The position numbers were made by a program, and so were the translations under genes. The notes under the pieces are model-generated. The model was not told the origin of the DNA. It searched no databases and worked only from the letters and a program-made list of their open reading frames with translations. Positions 1 to 9,645 of a stretch of 30,888 bases of DNA are shown piece after piece. The DNA comes from an uncultured Myxococcales bacterium (GTDB lineage Bacteria; Myxococcota; UBA4151): the NCBI GenBank assembly GCA_964013405.1, contig CAXGWI010000026.1, positions 1 to 30,888 on the forward strand, written 5' to 3'. Numbering within the stretch: position 1 is the first letter of the stretch; each line of letters opens with the position of its first letter.

Positions 1-799
1 CGCAGGTGAGCAGGCGATCCCGCAACGGATTCTCGAGGAGCACGCCGAAGGGGCCCTCCACCATCAGGGTCTCCACGTGCAGATTGCGATCCCGTTCGTT
101 GGGGTCTGGATCATCGGGACGATAGTAGTCGTTGATAAATGCGACGGCGAAGGTGTGATAGCCCGCTTCGACGTTGACCCGAACGCTGTAGTAGGTGCCC
201 GGTGCGTTGTCGTCTTCCACATCGAAGGTCTCTAGGTCCCGCCCATCGAGGCGCAGGCTTAAACGGGCTGGGTCGGGTCCAGCCTGATTGGCCCAGGCCG
301 AGACCCCCAGTTCGTATTCGCCGCTGTGGCTGGCGGTGAACTCGGCGATGATCTCGCCGTTGGACCACAGGTTCCAGTACTCGGCGCTGGCACCGCCGAC
401 CGGACTGCCTAGCTCGGTGGCGACGAATGTCGTCCGGGTGAGTTGGGGGGCAGCCTGTAGGACCTCCTCGACGGCGGCCTCGGCGATGGCTTCGAACTGC
501 TCAAGGTGCAGGGGAGAAACGCTGAGAACCTCGCCCACATTATCGAAACCATAACCCACATCATCATCAGGAAGGGTCTCGGCAGCTTGCCGGTCGATGC
601 CGAGGAGTTGGTTGAGCGCCCTCCCGTACTGGGTGCGGTTCAGCCGGCGCAGGGGAACAAAGCCAGAGTCTGTACAGATTTCTGGCTCCGCGACAGGCGG
701 GCTAACTGGCGGCGGTGCGGTGGGCTCGCCCGACGGGATCTCGGGAGCCTCATAGCAAGCGCTGCTGAGCAACAGAAGGATGGGGAGGAACCGAGTCAT
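1..799 (-). CDS. Partial lipoprotein of the DUF1587/DUF1592 (PSD-domain) family with an inserted CBM60-like Ca-binding beta module; 3' end lies outside the window
   Basis: Not in the ORF track. Manual translation from ATG at 799 is open to the window edge: MTRFLPILLLLSSAC (lipobox), then PLRRLNRTQYGRALNQLLG...LPDDDVGYGFDNVGEVLSVSPLHLEQF (DUF1587-type motif), then FAVAFINDYY...DRNLHVETL (CBM60-like motif). Confidence 0.8.
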   Translation of the reverse strand, partial: MTRFLPILLLLSSACYEAPEIPSGEPTAPPPVSPPVAEPEICTDSGFVPLRRLNRTQYGRALNQLLGIDRQAAETLPDDDVGYGFDNVGEVLSVSPLHLEQFEAIAEAAVEEVLQAAPQLTRTTFVATELGSPVGGASAEYWNLWSNGEIIAEFTASHSGEYELGVSAWANQAGPDPARLSLRLDGRDLETFDVEDDNAPGTYYSVRVNVEAGYHTFAVAFINDYYRPDDPDPNERDRNLHVETLMVEGPFGVLLENPLRDRLLTC

Positions 800-1041
800 G
801 ACGGGTCTAGCGTGCCAGAAGCGGCCCTGTGGCGCCAGGGTAGCGCCCGGGCTGCGAAGGCCAACGGGCTTCGGTTTGGGGGAGGGGGCGATCTCGAATC
901 CGATAGAGCGGCCGGGGGATTGAGTCATCCTCGACGAAGGCCCCCCCGAGTTGAAGCCGTCGATGCCTTTTGAGCCCACCTGGCTTGCCTTAGAGCGGGA
1001 GAAGCGCCACTGTTTACCGGACTAGGTAGGAGGCTTTCACC

Positions 1042-3045
1042 ATGAGACCGGCGATCTGTCTTTCTTTACTCTTTTTGCTCGGCTGCCCCGAGCAAGTGAT
1101 CGTGCGGGACCGGGAATCGGCTTGCGGTGACGGCAAGGTCGAGGCCGGTGAAGCCTGTGACGATGGTAATGAGGAAACAGGCGATGCCTGTACCAATGAC
1201 TGCCAACTTGCCCGCTGTGGTGACAAGATTCTGCGGACGGATTTGGGGCCAGAAGAGGCCGACTTCGAAGCCTGTGATGATGGCAATGAGGTGGACTCAG
1301 ACCTGTGCCTTCGGAACTGTCAGGCGGCTCGCTGTGGTGATGGTGTTGTCCGCCTCGATCTGCCCGAAGACGATCCGGCCTTCGAGCCCTGTGATGATGG
1401 GAACGACTCCAATGAAGATGGCTGTTTGAACGGTTGTCTTCTGGCCCGTTGCGGCGATGGTTTTGTGCGTCAGGACCTGAGCGTGGGCCTCAGTGGCTAC
1501 GAAGCCTGCGACGATGGCAACGTCGTGGATGAAGACGCCTGCCTCAACGACTGCTCTTTGGCCCGCTGTGGCGATGGTGTCGTCGGTCCTGGTGAAGGCT
1601 GTGACGACGGGAACGAGAACCCCGCCGACGATTGCAACCTCTGTCAGCCGGCCAGTTGTGGCGATGGCATCGTTCAAGAAGGGGAGGCCTGTGACGATGG
1701 CAACGAGGTGGACAGTGACGACTGCCTGAGTACCTGTGCTGCGGCCCGTTGCGGTGATGGCTTTCTTCAGGAGGGTGTGGAGGGCTGTGACGACGGGAAC
1801 GCAGACCAGCACGATGATTGTACCGCGGCCTGTGAACCCGCTCGCTGTGGTGACGGCGTCTTACGCCGAGGTATTGAGGCCGGCGAAGCCGGGTATGAGG
1901 CCTGTGATGATGGTGGGCTCGTCGATGGTGATGGCTGTTCAGCCTCATGTCTCCAAGAGCGCTGCGGCAATGGTCGCATCGACCATGGTGAGACCTGTGA
2001 CGATGGCAATGGGATTGCTTCAGATGCCTGCACCAATGCCTGCCAGCCGGCCGCCTGCGGTGATGCCATTCTCCAGGTGGGGGTGGAAGAATGCGACGAC
2101 GGCAATCAGGTGGACGATGATCGCTGTTCGAATGATTGTGTTGCGGCGGTCGCTAGCGTGTGTGGCGATGGGCAAGTGGATGCAGGCGAAGCCTGCGACG
2201 ATGGCAACCGGAGCAATCTCGACAACTGCACCAACGGCTGTGAGCAGGCCCGCTGCGGTGACGGGATTATTCGTCGCGATCTCGAGTTAGGCGCCGAGGG
2301 CTTTGAAGATTGTGATGACGGCAACGAGGATGCCTTCGATGCCTGCGTTTCGTGTCGCCCGGCTCGCTGCGGGGATGGCGCGCTGCGGCAGGATCTTCAA
2401 GAGGGGCAGCCCGGTTTCGAAGCCTGTGATGACGGCAATGAAGACAATGGCGACGATTGCCTCAACGACTGCGAGGAGCCCCGTTGCGGTGATGGATTCG
2501 TCCAAGCGGGCATGGAGGATTGCGATGATGGCAACGGGAGCAATGAGGATGCCTGTCTCGCAAACTGCGTCTCCGCCCGCTGTGGTGATGGTTTCGTGCG
2601 GGCGGACCTGCAAGTGGGCCAGGCCGGCTACGAGGTCTGTGATGACGGCGCCAACGGCGACGACGATGACGGCTGCGACGATCAGTGCCAAGCGATCCAG
2701 GTGGGCGGCAATTGCCAGAACCACCCCCGCTGGACCCCGGTCACTTGTCAGACAGCGGAATGGGTTTGGTCGATGGATCGAAACCGGGCGCAGGACCTAC
2801 AGGGTGCAAACCAGCAGCGGATCCTCGCAACCGGTTGTACCCACGGTGGAGGCCAGCCAGCGTTGTCGACCGGGATGTGCAGTCTTGATGGCCAAGGCTG
2901 GGTGAGTACCCAAACCTTCACCATGCAGCTCTGCAATGCCCGTTGGTACCATATCGGCGGCAGGCACACGGGGAACTGTGGCGGGCACGATGGCGATACC
3001 TACCGCCTCTTGGTTCTTAACGAAGAGGACTGTTACGACTACTGA
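1042..3045 (+). CDS. Myxococcus-type cysteine-rich repeat (DUF4215) lipoprotein with an unassigned C-terminal domain
   Basis: GGAGG upstream of the ATG; signal peptide with lipobox LLGC; 15 repeats of CG(D/N)x...E.CDDG...C...C; ~110-aa Trp/Cys-rich C-terminal domain. Confidence 0.85.
   Translation: MRPAICLSLLFLLGCPEQVIVRDRESACGDGKVEAGEACDDGNEETGDACTNDCQLARCGDKILRTDLGPEEADFEACDDGNEVDSDLCLRNCQAARCGDGVVRLDLPEDDPAFEPCDDGNDSNEDGCLNGCLLARCGDGFVRQDLSVGLSGYEACDDGNVVDEDACLNDCSLARCGDGVVGPGEGCDDGNENPADDCNLCQPASCGDGIVQEGEACDDGNEVDSDDCLSTCAAARCGDGFLQEGVEGCDDGNADQHDDCTAACEPARCGDGVLRRGIEAGEAGYEACDDGGLVDGDGCSASCLQERCGNGRIDHGETCDDGNGIASDACTNACQPAACGDAILQVGVEECDDGNQVDDDRCSNDCVAAVASVCGDGQVDAGEACDDGNRSNLDNCTNGCEQARCGDGIIRRDLELGAEGFEDCDDGNEDAFDACVSCRPARCGDGALRQDLQEGQPGFEACDDGNEDNGDDCLNDCEEPRCGDGFVQAGMEDCDDGNGSNEDACLANCVSARCGDGFVRADLQVGQAGYEVCDDGANGDDDDGCDDQCQAIQVGGNCQNHPRWTPVTCQTAEWVWSMDRNRAQDLQGANQQRILATGCTHGGGQPALSTGMCSLDGQGWVSTQTFTMQLCNARWYHIGGRHTGNCGGHDGDTYRLLVLNEEDCYDY
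1123..2688 (+). repeat. 15 degenerate coding repeats (CGDG...CDDGN units)
   Basis: 15 CDDG motifs counted in the translation; nucleotide motifs such as cgctgtggtgatgg and gcctgtgatgatggcaa recur. Confidence 0.85.
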
Positions 3046-5393
3046 CTTGGGATCTCGAGCCAGCGGGGTACCCAGCGACCATCGATTTGAGCCATCACAG
3101 CCCGGTCATCGGCGCGCACCGCCACAGGAAAGCGCCGGCCGTCGGGTGTGATCCGGAAGCTCCGGGCGACCCCTCCCTCGTTACGGACGGCGACATGGAG
3201 GCGACCGGGAATACCTCCAGCCAGCCAGGGAGCCTGGAACTGGAACTCCAATCGACCGTTGCTACGGCGGAGCTTGATCCAGTCGGTCGGTTCCTCGATG
3301 ACCTCTGGGCCTTGCCGCCCTTCGCAGTCAAAGGACAGGATGGCCCCCGAGGGGAAGCGCAGCCGGCCGCTGGAGTAAGGGCTGAGGATGTAGGGGGAGG
3401 CGCCGAGGCGTAACTGTCCCTGCAGGTCCCAGCGGCGCCAGGTGGTTCCATCGGTGGCCTTGATGGCGTAGCCGGTCCCGAAACTCGGTACCAAACTGGG
3501 CTTTGGAATCAGGGTGCAGCGCGGGGGATGGACTTGGAGGGTAGGGACCTCCGAGTGAATCCTCGGCAAGCCTTCATAGGCCATGGTGAGGATTTCCAGG
3601 TAGCCGTCCGAATCCAAGTCGACCTTGGCGGCCCCCCGGCTGGAGTACGCGTGCCTGGGGTTTAAGGAGTCATCGCTGCCATGGGCGCTGAGTCCAACCT
3701 CAGCCGAGGCTTCGAGGAAAGGCCCATCCTCCTGCTGCAGGAGCAATGCATCGTAGTGGAGGCTCCAGACGATGGTGTCGATCCCCGGCGGTGGCGGCAG
3801 GCTGCCTTGGGCCAGGTAGACATCGTCTCGACCATCCCGATTAAAATCGTCGACGACGATACCCCAAGCAAAGAGGGGGAAGCCATCGACCATCGGCAGG
3901 TCTAAGCCGAGGTCTTCGCCCCGCTGGATCGCTCGGCCTTGGGCGTCAAACCGAACGGCCTTATTGGGTCCCTCGTCGCTGACATAGATCACTTCGCCTT
4001 CGCCCTCGACCACCAGCGCGCCGATGCCCATCAGAGAGTCGTTGGCGACGAGGAGATCAGGCAAGCCATCGTCATTGACATCCAGGCCGCCGAGGCCCAG
4101 GGCGCTGCCATCGTCATAGAGGGGCAGCAGTTCATGCTCAGCGAAGGGGAGGAATTGCCCATCGGGCTGCTGCCGGAAGGCTAAGTTTTGCATGGGTGCC
4201 AGGCGAAAACGCTGGCGGATATCACCGACAGGCGTGGGTTCGCTGTCACAGGTCTCTTCTTGGGGTGGACCACTGCTGTTGCGAAAGGCTCCACAGGGGT
4301 CATAGGGCTCCCCAAAGGGCTGGCGTCGGTGACTGCAGACTTCGTCGGGGGCACAGCGCACGAAGGTCGCACCGATCAAGGGCTGGTAGGGGTCACCACC
4401 CTGTTGCATCAGCATGCTGGTGAGCTCGGCCATGACCCGTTCGGAAAGTTGGCAGCCGATCCAAAGGTCGAGGCGTCCATCGTGGTCGATGTCTTCGGCG
4501 ACGGCGGCACCGGCGAAGCAACTCCTTCCTGGGTGGGCTTCGGGCAAGGCCTGAATCAGATCTGTGGTTTCCCGCTGGGGCTGAAAGCGCTCAAGGAGGA
4601 CGCTGCCATCGCCCAGGCGAAGCAATTCGTGGAAACCGTCTCCCTCTACGTCGATCCCGAAGGCGCTCGGGTACTCTGCAGCATTGGGCTCAAGCAATTC
4701 AGGCCGCGGGACGAAGTGGAGGCGCCCAGTATAAGACTGGTTCTCAAGGATCATCGCATCATCGGTTGGCGTACCCTCCCGGCGGCGGTCACCGAGATAG
4801 AGGTCGAGGTCGCCATCCCGGTCGAGATCGAACAAACCGGCACCGAAACCGTAGCCACCGGTCATCCCGGAGGGTTCGGCTGCGCGATGGTCCGTGACCC
4901 CTTCTGCGAACCGGCGTTCAAAGACCAAGCCGAGCTCTGGGTTGGGGCGGGGGAGGCAGAATCCCCCTGGAGCACAGCGTTCGGTCGCTTCACACTCGGC
5001 ATGAATTCGACAGGCCTCCTGCTGACAGACCTGATCCCGGCACCGGTGGCCCTGGGGACAGTCGCCATCCCGAGCACAGGCTAGCGCTCTTGGCTCGACG
5101 CAGCGTCCCGCCTCGCAGACCTGCGGGTCGTTGCAGTCGGAGGGGGAGTCGCATTGGGGCGGGGCACATCGGGCATCCTCGCAGATCATGGGTTGGATAC
5201 AGTCGAGATCCTCATCACAGAGGGCGATACATGCATCATCAATGCACTGTTGTGGTGACAGACAGGCCGGCCCTTCGCCACAGCCGAGGCCACTGTCGAG
5301 AGCCACTTGGCCTGCATCCGGTGGGCTTGCGGGGGGGCCCGGGCAGCCGACCAACAGCCACGAAAGCGCTAAGGCGAGGGGAGTTCGAACCAT
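3039..5393 (-). CDS. CRTAC1/ASPIC-like FG-GAP (VCBS) repeat lipoprotein with N-terminal Cys-rich repeats (copy 2)
   Basis: MVRTPLALALSWLLVGC lipobox (alternative ATG at 5405); Cys-rich repeats; DLDRDGDLDLY, DIDHDGRLDLW, DVNDDGLPDLL, DFNRDGRDDVY and DLDSDGYLEIL Ca-binding loops; divergent ASPIC/UnbV-like tail (LRFPSG...IEEP). Overlaps the DUF4215 gene tail-to-tail at 3039-3045. Confidence 0.75.
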   Translation of the reverse strand: MVRTPLALALSWLLVGCPGPPASPPDAGQVALDSGLGCGEGPACLSPQQCIDDACIALCDEDLDCIQPMICEDARCAPPQCDSPSDCNDPQVCEAGRCVEPRALACARDGDCPQGHRCRDQVCQQEACRIHAECEATERCAPGGFCLPRPNPELGLVFERRFAEGVTDHRAAEPSGMTGGYGFGAGLFDLDRDGDLDLYLGDRRREGTPTDDAMILENQSYTGRLHFVPRPELLEPNAAEYPSAFGIDVEGDGFHELLRLGDGSVLLERFQPQRETTDLIQALPEAHPGRSCFAGAAVAEDIDHDGRLDLWIGCQLSERVMAELTSMLMQQGGDPYQPLIGATFVRCAPDEVCSHRRQPFGEPYDPCGAFRNSSGPPQEETCDSEPTPVGDIRQRFRLAPMQNLAFRQQPDGQFLPFAEHELLPLYDDGSALGLGGLDVNDDGLPDLLVANDSLMGIGALVVEGEGEVIYVSDEGPNKAVRFDAQGRAIQRGEDLGLDLPMVDGFPLFAWGIVVDDFNRDGRDDVYLAQGSLPPPPGIDTIVWSLHYDALLLQQEDGPFLEASAEVGLSAHGSDDSLNPRHAYSSRGAAKVDLDSDGYLEILTMAYEGLPRIHSEVPTLQVHPPRCTLIPKPSLVPSFGTGYAIKATDGTTWRRWDLQGQLRLGASPYILSPYSSGRLRFPSGAILSFDCEGRQGPEVIEEPTDWIKLRRSNGRLEFQFQAPWLAGGIPGRLHVAVRNEGGVARSFRITPDGRRFPVAVRADDRAVMAQIDGRWVPRWLEIPSQ

Positions 5394-7795
5394 CGGGGAA
5401 TCCATCGGCCATCCACTTGGAGCATGGCCTGTATATCGCTCGCGTTGGTGGCGATATCGAAACGGGTCCGGTCCATGGATGCATGGACGATACGGCTGCT
5501 GCCATCAGCTTGGCGGAGGGCGACACGGACCACGGGTTGACCGCCATCATACCAGGGCATGTGAAGGAACACGCTGTGTCCTTCAACTTGGGCTTCCCAG
5601 CGAATCCAATTGGGTTCTTCGACCACTACGGGCCCCGGCTGCCCCCGGCAGTCGAAGGCGATCTCAGCACCGGAGGCGAAGCGGAGGCGACCCCGGGTGG
5701 CTGAACTGAGCACATGGGGAGACGCGCCCAAACGCATCTGACCCTGCATGTCCCGGCGGAACCAGGTCTCGGTACCTTGGGCTGCCACCGCATAGCCGTA
5801 GCCGTAGGTGGGGACATAGCGTGAGCGGGGCACCAGCGTGCAGCGGGCACCGGGGCCATCTCGCAATGGGACTTCGGCGTGGAGGCGGACATGGCCTTCA
5901 AAGGGCACCGTGAGCAGATCCAAAGCGCCATCGAGGTCCAAATCAGCCTTCACCGTGCCCCGGCTGGAATACACGAAGGTGTCGTCCAACGAGTCTTGGT
6001 GATCGTGGACACTCACCCCCACTTCGTCGGTGAGGATGAGAAAGCGTCCATCATCTTGCTGTAGCGCCATGAAATCGTAGTGATCGGCCCAGGCCGAAAT
6101 CGGCACCCGCTCGATCATCCCTTGAGTAACGTAGAGGTCATCATCGCCATCCCGGTCGAAGTCCTCGACCACCGTGCCCCAAGATTCCAGGTCGGTGCCG
6201 TTACGGGTCGCTAAGGTTAAGCCCACATCATCGACGATATTGATGGATGCGCCATTTTCGTAGCGAACCAGTCGATTGGGGCCCTCATCGGCGATAAAGA
6301 GATGGTCGCCCCGGCCATGAATCTTCACGAGGCCGAGGCCCATGTAGCTGTCATTGGCCGTGATGAAGTCAAGGAGCCCATCGTCGTTCATGTCGACCAT
6401 GCCGAAGGCAAGGGTCGCCCCGGAATCCTGAAAGATCAGGTCTTCTTCGTAAACCAGCGCGCCGTCGACCTGAAACAGGGCGAAATTTCGCATCACGTCC
6501 ATCTCAAGGACATCCCACTCGGCATCGATGGGACCCTCTTGCCCCGGTTGGGCGAAGAAGGTTTGGCTCAAGTTGGGTAGGCCCATGTTGATACGGTGGT
6601 AGGCGCAGCCTTCCCCTGGCGGGCAACCGAAATAGGTGGCCCCCTCTAAGGGGTAGGCCCGGACACCGGTTCGATAGATCTCTTCCGCAGAAGCGATTGC
6701 GAAGGCGTTCAACTGACAGGCGAGCAGCAAGTCGACGTCGCCATCCATATCCAGATCGGCCGGAAGTGCCGCACCGAGATTGCAGTTTGTCCGGCGAATA
6801 TCGCCCTCTGGCAAAAGGTCGAGAAGGTTCTCGCTCGATCGGGTGGGGTGGAATCGTTCCAGTCGGGCATAGCCATCCCCTAGGACCACCAGTTCGTCGT
6901 AGCCGTCACCTTCGAGGTCGAGCCCGAAGGCCGAGCTGATATCTTGGCTGCCGTGGGGCTCGCACTCACCCGGTACGGGTACAAAGCGCAGGCTGCCTGG
7001 AATGGAACGATTCTCGAACAGACAGGCTGGATCGACGTCGACCCGAACTCGATGCCGGGTGCCGAGGAAGAGATCCAAGTCGTGGTCTCCATCCATATCG
7101 AAGAGTCCCCCGCCATAGCCGTAGCCCGTCATCTGACTGGCGCGAATATTGCCGAGGGGCTCGGCGCCGTAGTGACTGGTGACCGGCTCAAAAAAACGGC
7201 GCTCGAGTTGAATGCCGTATTCGTTTGTCGGTCGGTCGAGACAGCGGTTCAGGTGACAGCGTTGGTGGCGGGGGCAATCCCCGTGGACGAGGCAGTCGCC
7301 GCCATAGCAAAGCCCGTAACTCGAACAGCGCTGCCCGTGCCCACAGTCCCCATCGGCAGCGCAGGGAGCCTCCCCAATTTCGCGGCAGAACCGCTCGTCA
7401 CAACGGGCGCTTTCGGCACAATCCGTGTCCGTCTCGCATTCCGGTTCTCGACAGAGTTGTTCCCGGCAGAGTTGGCCCTCAGGGCAATGGGTATCGACCT
7501 GGCATTGATGGTCCTGGCATTGATCATCCAGACAACTCTGCGACTCGGCGCAGTCCTCACTGGTCCAGCAGCCCGGCTCACAAAAGGTGCCGGCGGTATT
7601 GCAGCGTTGGCCCGTGGGGCAGGGACAGGGGCTTTCACAGCGATCGAGAACGCAGATTTGAGATGCTGAGCAGCCCCCACAATTGGGTTCCTGACCCCCA
7701 TCGATGACAGGCCCCGCATCGGGCACAGGCCTCGGCTCTTGGCCTGGACAGGCCAGCAGACAAAAGAGCGGGATGACAACGAGAGACCTCAGCAT
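5369..7795 (-). CDS. CRTAC1/ASPIC-like FG-GAP (VCBS) repeat lipoprotein with N-terminal Cys-rich repeats (copy 1)
   Basis: MLRSLVVIPLFCLLAC lipobox (ORF track start 7804); Cys-rich repeats; DMDGDHDLDLF, DLDMDGDVDLL, DMNDDGLLDF, DFDRDGDDDLY and DLDLDGALDLL loops. Colinear paralog of 3039-5393; both end in (I/V)DGRW(I/V)PRW. Confidence 0.75.
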   Translation of the reverse strand: MLRSLVVIPLFCLLACPGQEPRPVPDAGPVIDGGQEPNCGGCSASQICVLDRCESPCPCPTGQRCNTAGTFCEPGCWTSEDCAESQSCLDDQCQDHQCQVDTHCPEGQLCREQLCREPECETDTDCAESARCDERFCREIGEAPCAADGDCGHGQRCSSYGLCYGGDCLVHGDCPRHQRCHLNRCLDRPTNEYGIQLERRFFEPVTSHYGAEPLGNIRASQMTGYGYGGGLFDMDGDHDLDLFLGTRHRVRVDVDPACLFENRSIPGSLRFVPVPGECEPHGSQDISSAFGLDLEGDGYDELVVLGDGYARLERFHPTRSSENLLDLLPEGDIRRTNCNLGAALPADLDMDGDVDLLLACQLNAFAIASAEEIYRTGVRAYPLEGATYFGCPPGEGCAYHRINMGLPNLSQTFFAQPGQEGPIDAEWDVLEMDVMRNFALFQVDGALVYEEDLIFQDSGATLAFGMVDMNDDGLLDFITANDSYMGLGLVKIHGRGDHLFIADEGPNRLVRYENGASINIVDDVGLTLATRNGTDLESWGTVVEDFDRDGDDDLYVTQGMIERVPISAWADHYDFMALQQDDGRFLILTDEVGVSVHDHQDSLDDTFVYSSRGTVKADLDLDGALDLLTVPFEGHVRLHAEVPLRDGPGARCTLVPRSRYVPTYGYGYAVAAQGTETWFRRDMQGQMRLGASPHVLSSATRGRLRFASGAEIAFDCRGQPGPVVVEEPNWIRWEAQVEGHSVFLHMPWYDGGQPVVRVALRQADGSSRIVHASMDRTRFDIATNASDIQAMLQVDGRWIPRWFELPSP

Positions 7796-7843
7796 GGCAA
7801 GCACAGGTTAGCGCGTGCTCGCGCGAAGGGCACGTTCTGTGAC

Positions 7844-8794
7844 CTAATCGGGCCTGGGCCCGATATGGCGTAGGGAGTCGGCCTCGATAAAAATACGCTT
7901 CACTTCCGGCACTTGTGACTTCACTTGGCCCTCGATGGAATCAATGACTTGCTCCAGTTCATGTACCGCCATGGTGGGGCTAAACTGGAGCCCGAGATTG
8001 AGCAGGATCGTATCGGCACCAAAGTGGATGGTTTTGAGATCGATGATATTTTCCACCTCAGCGGTGGCGTCCACGATGGCGCGAAGTTTTTCTTCGGTTT
8101 GTTGGTTGGCCGAGGTGCCGACCAGCAAGCGCATCGTGTTGACTGAGAGGAACCACGCGACCCATGCTAAAATCACACCGATCATGAGCGTGGCGGCCCC
8201 ATCGTAGACGGCGTTGCCGGTGAGGGCCGTTAGGCTGACACCAGCGAGGGCGATCAACAAGCCAGCCATCGCTGCCGCGTCCTCGAAGAGCACGGTCACC
8301 ATCTCGGCTTTGCGAGTTTCTCGAACCGCGGCCCAGAGTCCCAGGCCCATCTTCTTCGCTTCCTGGTTGAACTCCTTGATCGCGACGCCAAAACTGAAGG
8401 TTTCGATGACGATACTGACCCCAAGGACGATGATGGCGATCTTTTGGCTTTTGACCACCGCATCGCCGCCGAGGGCATTTTGGAGTTTATGGACGCCCTC
8501 ATAGCACGCGAAGACGGCGCCCAGGGTAAAGATGGAGATGGCGACGACGAAACTCCAGAAGTAGCTCTCTTTGCCATAACCGTAGGGATGAGCCGCATCC
8601 GGTGGCCGTTTCGCCCGCTTCATGCCGAAGAGGAGGAGGGCTTGGTTGCCCGTGTCGGCCAAGCTGTGAATGGATTCGGCGAGCATCGCCGAACTCAGGG
8701 TGAACATGTAAGCCACAAACTTGGCGATGGCGATCAGGCCGTTGCCAATTAGGGCTGCAATGACGACTTTAAGGCTACCGCCACCTGCGCTCAT
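7844..8794 (-). CDS. Cation diffusion facilitator (CDF) family metal transporter
   Basis: About six hydrophobic segments; AMLAESIHSLADTGNQ (HxxxD), HPYGYGKE, VLFEDAAA; C-terminal cytoplasmic domain ending in IFIEAD. Confidence 0.92.
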   Translation of the reverse strand: MSAGGGSLKVVIAALIGNGLIAIAKFVAYMFTLSSAMLAESIHSLADTGNQALLLFGMKRAKRPPDAAHPYGYGKESYFWSFVVAISIFTLGAVFACYEGVHKLQNALGGDAVVKSQKIAIIVLGVSIVIETFSFGVAIKEFNQEAKKMGLGLWAAVRETRKAEMVTVLFEDAAAMAGLLIALAGVSLTALTGNAVYDGAATLMIGVILAWVAWFLSVNTMRLLVGTSANQQTEEKLRAIVDATAEVENIIDLKTIHFGADTILLNLGLQFSPTMAVHELEQVIDSIEGQVKSQVPEVKRIFIEADSLRHIGPRPD

Positions 8795-9645
8795 GGATTG
8801 TCCTTTCCAAAGAAGGGGACGCCTTCGTCCAAGAAGAAGTCCGGGGCCAATGCTTGGCTTGGATCGATTGCGTAGATGCTGAAATCTTCACAGCCTTCCT
8901 CGGCCAAGACCTCATCATCGATAAAGAAGTTCCCACTGCAGTCCGTCCCGGGCCGGCAGAGCACGGCCTGGGCCGCATCCGCCATGATCGCGGGGCTTCG
9001 ACAACTGCGCCGAAACTCGGGCCCGCCCAGCATATCGATGGCCGCGGTCGCGATGGCGGTGCGGGGCCACAACGCATTGACGCCAATGCCCTTGTTTCGG
9101 AGTTCCTCCGCCATGCCGAGGACGCACATACTCATACCGTACTTACTCATGGTGTAGGCCACGTGATTCTTGAACCAGCGCGGGTCCAGGTTCAGTGGGG
9201 GGGAGATATTGAGGATATGGGGATTGTCGCCTTCGGCCAGGAGGGGAATGCACTTCTGACTCATCATGAAGGTGCCGCGAACATTGACGGCATGCATCAG
9301 GTCATAGCGCTTCATCGGCGTCTCGACCGTGCCTTTTAACTGAATCGCACTGGCGTTGTTAATCAGGACGTCGAGCCCACCCCATGCCGCCTCGACCGCT
9401 TCGACAGCCGCGACCACCATGGCTTCGTCACGGACGTCGACGACGAGGGGGAGCGCCTCGCCGCCGGCGGCTTCGATGGCTTCTGCAGCCGTATAGATGG
9501 TCCCAGGAAGCATCGGATGCTTCCGGTTGGATTTGGCGGCGATCGCGATGCGTGCACCGTCCTGAGCAGCCCGCAGGGCGATCGCCTCGCCGATGCCCCG
9601 GCTCGCCCCCGTGATGAGGATGCGCTTGCCTTTTAAGTTAGCCAT
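8791..9645 (-). CDS. Short-chain dehydrogenase/reductase, HSDL2-like (284 aa)
   Basis: ITGASRGIG, INNAS, YTMSK (YxxxK), NALWPRTAIATAA. Start revised to ATG at 9645, which forms a TAATG overlap with the upstream stop; its stop overlaps the CDF start (ATGA). Confidence 0.9.
   Translation of the reverse strand: MANLKGKRILITGASRGIGEAIALRAAQDGARIAIAAKSNRKHPMLPGTIYTAAEAIEAAGGEALPLVVDVRDEAMVVAAVEAVEAAWGGLDVLINNASAIQLKGTVETPMKRYDLMHAVNVRGTFMMSQKCIPLLAEGDNPHILNISPPLNLDPRWFKNHVAYTMSKYGMSMCVLGMAEELRNKGIGVNALWPRTAIATAAIDMLGGPEFRRSCRSPAIMADAAQAVLCRPGTDCSGNFFIDDEVLAEEGCEDFSIYAIDPSQALAPDFFLDEGVPFFGKDNP

Noticed and set aside
506..973. 155-aa plus-strand ORF and the other short ORFs within 111-973
   Set aside because: They overlap the motif-bearing minus-strand gene at 1-799 and have no recognisable features.
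800..1041. Structured RNA or sigma54 promoter in the divergent intergenic region
   Set aside because: Only short GC-rich hairpins; the minus-strand TGGCAC near 815 lacks a correctly spaced TTGC.
1123..2688. Regularly spaced nucleotide repeats resembling a CRISPR array
   Set aside because: The repeats are degenerate at synonymous positions, lie in frame in a protein repeat gene, and no cas genes are present.
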